Positions 48,588-57,034 of a DNA stretch of 64,000 bases are shown one piece after another. The position numbers and the translations under genes were made by a program. Within the stretch, counting starts at the first letter, position 1; every line of letters starts with the position of its first letter. The DNA lies in assembly GCA_963703225.1 (NCBI GenBank), contig OY969801.1, forward strand, positions 128,001 through 192,000, read 5' to 3'. The notes below the pieces were generated by a model. The model was not told where the DNA came from. It did not search any database and worked only from the letters and a program-made list of their open reading frames with translations. The DNA is from Candidatus Eiseniibacteriota bacterium (GTDB lineage Bacteria > Eisenbacteria > RBG-16-71-46 > SZUA-252).

Positions 48588-49624
48588 CAGCTCTTACCCA
48601 CCCGCGTCAGCGCGTAGAGGATCATCCCGTTCTGGATGATGAGGCGGGCGGTCTCGCTGATGTCCCCCTCGATCACCTGGCTGGTTACCGGGAGCGCGAT
48701 GGTCAGGATCGACTGGAAGAGGAGCGTTCCGATCACCACGTTTCCGATCGTGGCGCGCGTCACCGTGGCCCCGCCGATCAGGATGCAGGCGATGGCGGGG
48801 AAGGCCATCAGTAGTGGCGCGGTGTAGAGCTGCACGAATCCGAACGACTGGGAGTAGACGACGATCCCGATCGCGCCGAGCACGGTGGAGAGGACGGAGG
48901 CCTGAATCCGCGTCCGCTCGTCGGAGATTCCGGCCGCGAGCGCGAAGCGCGGGTTGGAACGAGCGGCCGCGATGGTGATCCCCATTTGGGTGCGGAAGAA
49001 GAGCCAGACGAGGAAGCAGAGCCCGCCGAACACGAGGAGCGCGCCGGTGGGAATGGTGACGCCGGCGATGTCGAATGTGAGCCAGTGGTCGAGGATCTTG
49101 TCGTAGATCCCCGTCAGCGCGAGCGTGGTCCGGAGCCCCTTCCCGCCGATCGCCCAGACCAACGTCGGGTTCTTGAACGGCGCGAGGAGCCAGTAGATCG
49201 ACATTGCCGAGACGACCGCGAATCCCAGGTAGGTCCCGACCATCATCTCCTGGCCGCGCGTCCGGTTGAGGAGCCAGCCGTAGGCGATTCCGGCCGGCAC
49301 AGCGAGCGCAAGTCCGAGACCGGTCGCGTACAAGAGACCCTCCAGCCCCGTGACGCCCGCGTTCAGAGAGACGACGCAGCCGATGAGTCCGCAGATGATC
49401 CCGAGCGGGAGCCCGAAGTTGAGCCCGAGCCCTCCCTGGATCGCCGGGAGGAGCGCCAAGACCAGGATTCCGTTACGCGCGACGCGGGTGATCGAATCGG
49501 AGATGAGGGACCGGAGGTCCATGTGGGTCGCGAAGGCGACCGCGAAGAGCGCGAACAGGAAGAGCGCGATGAGTAGCCGAGGGATGCCGATTTCCCGGAT
49601 CGCGATGCGAAGGCGCTCGTTCAC
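48587..49624 (-). CDS. ABC transporter permease (BPD_transp_2-like)
   Basis: Multiple TM segments, GLGLNFG, ILIGGA; paralog of the adjacent permease. Confidence 0.88.
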   Translation of the reverse strand: MNERLRIAIREIGIPRLLIALFLFALFAVAFATHMDLRSLISDSITRVARNGILVLALLPAIQGGLGLNFGLPLGIICGLIGCVVSLNAGVTGLEGLLYATGLGLALAVPAGIAYGWLLNRTRGQEMMVGTYLGFAVVSAMSIYWLLAPFKNPTLVWAIGGKGLRTTLALTGIYDKILDHWLTFDIAGVTIPTGALLVFGGLCFLVWLFFRTQMGITIAAARSNPRFALAAGISDERTRIQASVLSTVLGAIGIVVYSQSFGFVQLYTAPLLMAFPAIACILIGGATVTRATIGNVVIGTLLFQSILTIALPVTSQVIEGDISETARLIIQNGMILYALTRVGKS

Positions 49625-49691
49625 GTCCGCACCGTCATCATGCGCGGCCCCCTCGTGCCTACCGAAGCTGCCGCTGCACCGCGCACCGCCC

Positions 49692-51298
49692 TCACGCCGC
49701 CGCCGATTCGCCGGCCATGGCGAGCCCGAAGGTCGCGTCGGGGGCGTCGGGCGGCAGGATCGTCTCGATCCTCCCGCGGTAGACGATCGCGATCCGGTCG
49801 CAGAGGGAGCGCAGCTCGGCCAGCTCCGATGAGGTCACGACCAGCGTCACGCCCTGGTCGCGGTTCAGCCCGGCCAGAATCTCGAGCACACGCTCCTTGG
49901 CGCCGACGTCGATTCCGCGCGTCGGCTCGGAGACGAAGAGGAGCTTGGGCTCCAGCGTCATCGCGCGCGCCAGGCAGACTTTCTGCTGATTCCCGCCGAG
50001 AGGCGTCGTACTTGTTGCGTCGGCCCGGTGGTGCGCACGTCGAGCCGCCCAATCATTTCCAGCGCGTGGCGCCGGAGCGACTTCTGGTCGAGCAGCCGCA
50101 GCGCCGAAATGGGGAACGGTCTCAGGAACCGACCCTGCGCCTCCAACGCGGAGAGCGCGATGTTCAGCTCGACGCTCTCCTCGCCCAGGAGCCCGACGCC
50201 GCGGCGGTCCTCCGATACGAACGCGAGGCCGCGCTCGAGAGCCCTCCGCGGCTCGTTCAGCGCGAAGGGCTCGCCGTGGAGAAGCACCTGCCCGGAAGCG
50301 CGGTAAAGCCCCATGATCCCGTTGGCGATCCCGATCTTGCCCTGGCCCGCGAGCCCGCCGATTCCCAGAATCTCGCCCCGCTTCACGGTGATCGAGACGT
50401 CCCGCACCGGCTCGCCGGGCATGTCGACGCTCAAGTTCTCGATCGTGAGGGCCGCCTCGCCCGCAGGGTCGAAGGCCCGCTTCCGGGCGGCCGCCGCCGC
50501 GGGGCGCCCGACCATCAGCTCGGCGACGCGCGCGACCGACGTCGTCTTGGGGTCGAGCTGCCCCACGATCTCGCCGTCCCGGAGCACCGTGACCCGGTCG
50601 GCCACGGCCAGGACTTCGTCGAGCCGGTGGGTGATGAAGAGCACCGCCACCCCACGCGCCGCGAAGGCGCGCATGGCTTCGAGCAGCCGGTCGGCCTCGG
50701 TCTCGGTCAGGACCGCGGTCGGCTCGTCGAAGATCAGGAGCTTGAGCTGCTCCTTGTCCACCTCGCGCGCGATCTCGACGAACTGCATGTGGCCCACGGG
50801 GAGTCCGGCGACGGGCAGCCACTCGTCGATTCCCAGCCCCACGCGGTCGAGCGCCTTGCGCGCGTCCTGCCGCATCCGGCCGACGTCGATCGAGTCGAGG
50901 CCGCGTCCAAAAATCGGGGAGAGCAGCGTGGGGCGGGCGGGCTCGCGGTTCAGCTTGATGTTCTCGGCCACGCGAAACCCGGGGAGGAGCATGAACTCCT
51001 GGTGGACCATTCCGATCCCGGCGTTCATGGCCTGGGCCGGGCTCTTGAAATGGACCGCCTCGCCGCCGAGGACAACCTCTCCGTCGTAGCCGCCGGTCTC
51101 GTGGATGACCGGCATCCCGAACAGGATGTTCATGAGGGTCGACTTGCCGGCGCCGTTCTCGCCGACCAGGGCGTGGATCTCCCCGGGGGCGACCGAAAGG
51201 GAGACGCCCTTCAGAACTCGATTGCCCTCGAACTCCTTGGAGACGTCGCGGAGCTCGAGGGCAGGAGCAGGGCTTCTAGTAGTAGATGTTGCTGACAA
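49692..51298 (-). CDS. Sugar-type (CUT2) ABC transporter ATP-binding protein (frameshift near 49997)
   Basis: GENGAGKST, DEPT, EDRR; the LSGGNQQKV signature is split by a one-base deletion; EPTRGIDVGAK. Confidence 0.9.
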
Positions 51299-52442
51299 GG
51301 AAGAGGTAGGAGTTGCCCTTCTTCTCGTCGTACTTGGCCAGCGTGATCGGAACGCCCGCGAGCCGCTCCATGTAGGCCTTCACCTGCGCCGGGTCCTTGT
51401 AGTTGGCCGAGCCCTCGACCGAGTCGACCATGAGATCGGTCATCGCGCGGATCGAGAGCATCACCTCGGGCACCGGCCACGTGGCGAAGTGCCCCGTCAT
51501 GTGATGCTCGGCGATGACGCGCTTGTTCTCGGCGTTGATGTAGGTCATGTTGCCCGCCTTGTCGGCGGGAATCGCGATGCCCAGCGCCGTGGGATAGCCG
51601 TGGGTGGGGCTGGGGCAGCACTGCTCGGGAATATAGCCGCCGTTGGTGACGACGGCCTTGATCATCGGATCCATCATGCCGCAGTTGGTGGAGAAGAACG
51701 CCGTCTTGGGGCCGTAGGTCTTCAATTCCCTGGGAACGTCCTCGAGCACGAACTGCTGGGTCGCGTTCAGTCCGCCCTCGCCCATCGGATCGGGCGCGGT
51801 GACGAAGTGGAAGCGGATCCCCTGCTTCGCGCACTCGGCCTTCATGATGTCGCGCCGGTCCGCCAACAGCTCCTGGGACATGTGGCGCGGGAACGAGTAG
51901 TGAACGAGGTCCGTCACGCCCATCGTCTTGGCCACCTCGACGATCGTCCGTCCGCGGGCGAGCTGGTCCGGCTGGATGGAGAGATCGACGGTGGCGTTCA
52001 CCATCGCCGGATCTTCGTGCGGCTCGATGAAGGCGATCTTGATATCCGGCCGCTTCTCGCGAATCTTGCGGGCCGCGGGGATCGAGCCGGGGATCGCCTG
52101 CCCCACGACGATCACCTTGACGTCGGGATCGTCGGAGAGGCCGACGAGCTGGGCGATGACCGTCTCCTGCTCGTTCATGAAGTTGTCGGGGTAGGTCACG
52201 TGCTTGACGTGGTCGGCGCCGTACTTCTGGATGATCATCTGGGCGGCGCGGAACTCGTCCTCCCCCTGGGAGACGGTCCCGGTCATGATTCCGATCTTGA
52301 ACTTGATCGCGCGCTCGGGCGCGGAGGCGGGCACGGTGCTGGACTTGGCCGCTTCCTGCTTGCCGCATCCAGCGAGAGAGAAGAGCAGAACAGGGAGCGC
52401 GGCGGCTGTTGCGGCCGTGCGGAACAAGAGCCGAGTCTTCAT
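51276..52442 (-). CDS. DUF3798-like periplasmic substrate-binding lipoprotein
   Basis: Lipobox LAGC; KIGIMTGTVSQGEDE, TYPDNFM.EQET, HYSFPRHMS, CCPSPTHG; first gene of the ABC operon. Confidence 0.85.
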   Translation of the reverse strand: MKTRLLFRTAATAAALPVLLFSLAGCGKQEAAKSSTVPASAPERAIKFKIGIMTGTVSQGEDEFRAAQMIIQKYGADHVKHVTYPDNFMNEQETVIAQLVGLSDDPDVKVIVVGQAIPGSIPAARKIREKRPDIKIAFIEPHEDPAMVNATVDLSIQPDQLARGRTIVEVAKTMGVTDLVHYSFPRHMSQELLADRRDIMKAECAKQGIRFHFVTAPDPMGEGGLNATQQFVLEDVPRELKTYGPKTAFFSTNCGMMDPMIKAVVTNGGYIPEQCCPSPTHGYPTALGIAIPADKAGNMTYINAENKRVIAEHHMTGHFATWPVPEVMLSIRAMTDLMVDSVEGSANYKDPAQVKAYMERLAGVPITLAKYDEKKGNSYLFLVSNIYY

Positions 52443-52622
52443 TGGATTCCTGCCTCCACCCGCGGGTGCGGGGATTACGCGTTCCGGCCGAACGATTCGG
52501 TAGGCGACGGGGCCCCATTCCGCCCCACACAGCGATACTACCAAACGCGGCGAGGGGTGAACAGAAGCCCCTAGCTCACCCGTACCGTCCACGCACCGAA
52601 AGTGTTAGCGTCCTCCGCCTCC

Positions 52623-53834
52623 ATGCCGCCGCTCATTCTGGCCGCCGCCTATCTCGAGGGCCTCGCGCTCACCCTGATCCAAGGGTACCTGCCGCTCTAC
52701 GTGCGCGGGGTCCTCCACGAGCCTTCCTATGTGACGGTGGCGCTCATCGTGGCGGTGCCGGCGCTCGGCACGATCGTCGCGAGCAATTTCTGGGGCGGGC
52801 TCTCCGACGTGTGGGGAAAGCTCAAGCCGATGATCCTGGTGGGGCTCGTCGGGTACGCGGCCGCGCTCGTCGGCATCCCCACGTTTCGCCACGGGATCCA
52901 GATCATGCTCCTCGTAGGCTGCGCCGCGCTCTTGTACGGAACGCTCGCGCCCTCGCTCAAGACTTACGTGACCCTCCTGAAGCCCGACCGCAAGGCGCAT
53001 TCGCTCGCCTACGTGCTGATGGCCCAGAGCACCGGTTGGCTCACCGGGAGCCTGGGAGCGGGCTGGCTCCTGGAAGGGGGGATCGCGGCAGGGCTTCGCA
53101 CGGCACTCTGGACCTGCGCCGCCTTGGTGATCCTCCACGCGATCCTCTGCGCGGGGCTTCTCCGCGATCTGGTGCGCGCGCCGCTCGAGCCGCAGGGGAA
53201 AAGGCCCTGGCTCGAGGGGTTGGCGGCGGACCTCGGCTCGGTCTACGAAAACCCCAAGCTCCTCCGGCTCTGCGTGCTCGCGTTCCTCTTCGTGTCCGGG
53301 AACTACGCTGCGTGGGGCTTTTTCTCCCTCTATCTGTACGAGCGCCTCGGCGCAGGCTTAGAGACAATCCGTTACGCGCTCGCGGCTTCGAGCCTTCTCG
53401 GGATCGCGTCGTTTCTCTATGTCGGCGCGCTCATCCGGCGCTTTGGCGGACGCCTCATCCTGGCGGTGGGCGTCACCCTTTACGTCGGGATGTACCTGGG
53501 GATCGCGCTCACGCGCGACCCGATCGTCGTGGCCGCGCTTTACGCGCTCCCGCTCTACAGCATGGTCAACGTGAGCGCGAACGCGCTGGCGAGCGAGTAC
53601 TCGGCGGCGGCGCAGAGGGGCGGGGGGCTGGGAGTCCTGAACGGCACCTACGCTCTGGCGAGCATCATCGGCCCCGTCACCGCCGGCTACCTCGCCGATC
53701 ATCATGGACTCGGCTCCATGCCGTGGCTCGCGTGCGGGTTCCTGGCCGCGGCCGCGCCGATCGCATGGCTCCAGGTGGTGTCCGGACGTCGAAATGGGGC
53801 CAGAAAGGAAGAATTGGGCGTTGATCGGGGGTAG
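52623..53834 (+). CDS. MFS transporter
   Basis: About 12 TM segments, GGLSDVWG motif A-like. Confidence 0.85.
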   Translation: MPPLILAAAYLEGLALTLIQGYLPLYVRGVLHEPSYVTVALIVAVPALGTIVASNFWGGLSDVWGKLKPMILVGLVGYAAALVGIPTFRHGIQIMLLVGCAALLYGTLAPSLKTYVTLLKPDRKAHSLAYVLMAQSTGWLTGSLGAGWLLEGGIAAGLRTALWTCAALVILHAILCAGLLRDLVRAPLEPQGKRPWLEGLAADLGSVYENPKLLRLCVLAFLFVSGNYAAWGFFSLYLYERLGAGLETIRYALAASSLLGIASFLYVGALIRRFGGRLILAVGVTLYVGMYLGIALTRDPIVVAALYALPLYSMVNVSANALASEYSAAAQRGGGLGVLNGTYALASIIGPVTAGYLADHHGLGSMPWLACGFLAAAAPIAWLQVVSGRRNGARKEELGVDRG

Positions 53835-53927
53835 TCACAGGTGGTATCCTCAGTAGCTGGAGGTTGGGCGGCGCGCCTCACAACCGCTAACCTCCAATTA
53901 TATTAAAGACAAGGACTTAGGCTCCCC

Positions 53928-54512
53928 ATGAGAACGCATCTTGCCCTCCTCGCCACCTTGAGCCTCCTGGCCGCGTCCCCGGCAGCCGCAGCGGCCGCCA
54001 ATCCTCCCTCCAAGGAGAAGCCGCCCGCGAAGGAGGAGACCGCCAAGCCCGTGGAGAAGCTCGAGTGGCTCGCCTTTGACGCCGCCACCGCCAAGGCACA
54101 GGCCCAGAAAAAGCACATGATCGTGGATATCTACACGACCTGGTGCGGCTGGTGTCGCGTGATGGAAAAAGAGACCTACTCCAATCCCGAAGTGATGGCG
54201 TACTTGCGGGAGAATTTCGTGCTCGCCAAGGTGAACGGCGAGTCGACGGCGAAGCTCAAGTGGCAGGGGAAGGATTTGACCGAGCGGCAATTCACCCGGG
54301 CGGTCGGCGTCACGGGCTTCCCCGCGACCTACTTCATGAAGCCGAACGCGGAGCTATTGGGCGGTCTCAGCGGATTCCTGCATCCCCCCGAGTTCTTGGT
54401 CTACGCCCGCTACGTCAGCACGCGCTGGTACGAGAAGGGGAATATCTCCGCCTACGTCGATTCGCTGAGGAACGCCGCAGAGCGGCAGCAGCAAGCGCAG
54501 CAGCAGCCCTAG
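53928..54512 (+). CDS. Exported thioredoxin-fold protein (SoxW/Thioredoxin_2-like)
   Basis: Signal peptide, WCGWC, cis-Pro motif GFPAT. Confidence 0.85.
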   Translation: MRTHLALLATLSLLAASPAAAAAANPPSKEKPPAKEETAKPVEKLEWLAFDAATAKAQAQKKHMIVDIYTTWCGWCRVMEKETYSNPEVMAYLRENFVLAKVNGESTAKLKWQGKDLTERQFTRAVGVTGFPATYFMKPNAELLGGLSGFLHPPEFLVYARYVSTRWYEKGNISAYVDSLRNAAERQQQAQQQP

Positions 54513-54548
54513 CTACAGCGTCCGCACGATCTACAGCGTCCGCACGAT
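54513..54548. repeat. Perfect 18-bp tandem duplication CTACAGCGTCCGCACGAT x2
   Basis: Copies at 54513-54530 and 54531-54548; equals the last 5 codons plus stop of the thyX-like gene. Confidence 0.9.
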
Positions 54549-56132
54549 CTCCCGCATCGGAATCTTCCAGGCAGGCACGCCGCAGTAGCGTTTTCCTTCA
54601 GGGCAGTAGGGCTTGACGCCGGCGCGGAGGCGGGGGCCGCAGGGCGGAAGGAAATAGGCGCCGATCCTCGGGTTGACGGCGCGAACCTGCTCCGATTCAT
54701 CGCGCGCCGCCCGCCAAATCTCCTCCTGCGCATTCAAGCAGAGCCGCATCGCCAGCTTGTGGCGGAGGCCCAGGAGGTCAGCCGATTCGGTGAAGCGGAT
54801 GCTGACGGCGTTGGGGAGCAGATAGGCCGCCATCTCTTCCGACGCACCCAGCCGGCGGAGCTCTCCGATCGCGGCCCAGGTCCGCTCCATGCTCTCCCGG
54901 TAGCGCCGCTCCACCCGCTCGTCGAGCGGGATAAGGGCCGGGACCACGTAATCGGGCTGGCTCCCCAGATAAGCGTGCAGGCAGGGGCGCGATCCCGGGG
55001 TGGCGCGGTGCCGTTGGTCCTGGGAATCGGCGGTGTGGGAAAGCTTCTTCCGGAACGTATACGAGGGATGGATCATCGCCCGGTTGAGCTTGCTCAAGGT
55101 GGTCACGTTGAGCGAGCCCGACAGGTAGGAATTGGACGCGGGATCCATCACCAACGAGATCGCGTCGTCATCCGGAAGCGCCGAGGTCGGAATGCCGAGC
55201 ACCTCTCGGACGGAGGAGGCCAACAGCTCTTCGTTGTCGGACTTCCACGCGACCAGCTTGGAGACCAGCCCGCCCAGGGACGCGTCGAACTCCCGCCTGG
55301 CTTCGTCGCCCATCGCCTCGCTCGACAATCCCGGATTCTGCTGGAAGAACTGATACTCGAGCGTCTCCTCGAGCGGAATCGGGTCTTCCAGGAGCACCGC
55401 GAACTGGGGGTCGAGGTCGAGGACCGCGTCGACCATCCGCTGCACGACCATCCGCTGCTCGGCCGGGGCGTCGAGCTGGTCGGCCAGCCGGTGGTAGCGG
55501 AGCAGCGTGAGCGCGCTGACCGTGTGATAGAGGTAGCAGAAGGTGCCGATCGGGAGGACATACCGGGCCACCTCCTGCGCCTTCTTCTGGATCTCGCCGG
55601 CCCAGCGCTCCGGCTGGTGCGCGCGCGACGGGAATCGCTTATGGAATTCGGCGGTGGCGACGGGGGTCAAGAGATCGCGCAGCTCGTGGTAGTCCCGGTG
55701 CTGACGCTCCACCGTCTCCTCGTAGATCCGCTGCGCTTGGCCGCCGCCCAGGTCGGGGATGATCGTGGTCCCCGGCTTCACCTCGACGTACCGCTGGCTC
55801 ACCTGCTCGGAGTTGTAGAAGGGATGGCTGTGCAGGAACGTCCAGACGAACTGCCGCGAGATCCGGTCGAGCGTGAACTGGAAGTGCGCGTGCTGGAACG
55901 TGGTGTGGTGGCCCGCCGCGTAGAGGTCTTTGGCGAGGGCGTCCCGCCGCTCTCGCCTCACCTGCCGCTTTTCCTCGGGGAGGGAATCGCCGCCCACCTC
56001 TTCCGGCGTGATGATCCCCTTTGGGGAATAGCAGGTCCTGGCCGTCGCGACCGCGTTGTCCAGCGGGCGGGCGAAGGCTTGGACCAAAACGACCTCGGGC
56101 GGGTCGGAGCGGAAGCTCGTCGTCTTAGGCAT
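54531..56132 (-). CDS. FAD-dependent thymidylate synthase-like protein with two ThyX-like domains
   Basis: N-half GHHTTFQH, ISR, QVSQRYV, QEVARYVLP; C-half QDQRHR, AAYLLPNA, RLCLNAQEEI. Confidence 0.78.
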   Translation of the reverse strand: MPKTTSFRSDPPEVVLVQAFARPLDNAVATARTCYSPKGIITPEEVGGDSLPEEKRQVRRERRDALAKDLYAAGHHTTFQHAHFQFTLDRISRQFVWTFLHSHPFYNSEQVSQRYVEVKPGTTIIPDLGGGQAQRIYEETVERQHRDYHELRDLLTPVATAEFHKRFPSRAHQPERWAGEIQKKAQEVARYVLPIGTFCYLYHTVSALTLLRYHRLADQLDAPAEQRMVVQRMVDAVLDLDPQFAVLLEDPIPLEETLEYQFFQQNPGLSSEAMGDEARREFDASLGGLVSKLVAWKSDNEELLASSVREVLGIPTSALPDDDAISLVMDPASNSYLSGSLNVTTLSKLNRAMIHPSYTFRKKLSHTADSQDQRHRATPGSRPCLHAYLGSQPDYVVPALIPLDERVERRYRESMERTWAAIGELRRLGASEEMAAYLLPNAVSIRFTESADLLGLRHKLAMRLCLNAQEEIWRAARDESEQVRAVNPRIGAYFLPPCGPRLRAGVKPYCPEGKRYCGVPAWKIPMREIVRTL

Positions 56133-56142
56133 CAACTTGAGT

Positions 56143-56920
56143 CTATTCGATCCCCAGCCAGCGCGAAAGGTCGCTCACGTCCGCGAGCGTCGCGGTGGGC
56201 GCGGGCGTGACCCGTTCCTCGTCGCCCGCGCGGTATTTCCCTGTTCGAACGAGGATTCCCTGCATTCCCAGCGCGACGCTGGCGGCCACGTCGAACTCGG
56301 CGTCGTCGCCGACCATGAGGATTTCCTCGCGGGGGGCCCCGCGTCTGGGCGGCGACCGCGTCGAAGAGGAGCGGCGAGGGCTTTCCCAGCGTCTCCGCCG
56401 TTCGATCCGAAGCGTACTCGAGGAACGCGACGAGCGGCCCGAGGTCGGTCACCAGGGAATCGCCCTTCTTGAAGTAGCGATTTCGCTGGAGCGCGTAGAG
56501 GGCGGCGCCGTCGAGGAGGCGGCGGAACGCCAGCTGGAGGTCGGCCACACGCCGGTCGTGCGCCTCGGTCGCGACCACGACCGCGGGGCCGACCGCGTCG
56601 TCGCGAAACCAGTCGTAGTCGGCGCGCGCCGCGGGCTCGGCGAGGAGGATTCCGGAGTCGTGTCCCCGCTCGGGCAGAACCCGGCGCGCGACCATGGCCG
56701 GAGTCCAGAGCGATTCGGGCTCGTCCAGGAGGCCCAGGCCCTGGAGATGCCGCGCCAGCTTTGCGTGCGGCAGGCTCGTCGTGTTGGTGACGAGCGCGAC
56801 GGGAAAAGCTGCGCGAAGTCGGCGGACGGCGGCGGCCGCCCCGGGGAGCGCCGGGCCCCCGGCGCCGTCGGTGAGCGTCCCATCCACGTCCAGGCAGACC
56901 ACGGAGACGCGCCGTTTCAC
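56143..56920 (-). CDS. HAD-IIA hydrolase (NagD/LHPP-like; frameshift near 56340)
   Basis: DVDGTL, VTNTT, GKPS; after the shift MVGDDAEFDV..GILVRTGKYR...WLGIE, TAG at 56145-56143. Confidence 0.85.
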
Positions 56921-57034
56921 ACCGCCAGGGTACGCCCGCCCTGGCGCGATCTCACTCGATTTTGGGCCGCCGCGGGGGGTATCCTTGAGGTTTCCGGCCA
57001 GCCGGCGATGGTGGATCTAGAGCCCACACAACGT

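Noticed and set aside
54480..54510. CAG-rich microsatellite-like run
   Set aside because: Short poly-Gln tail of the thioredoxin; not a CRISPR or VNTR.
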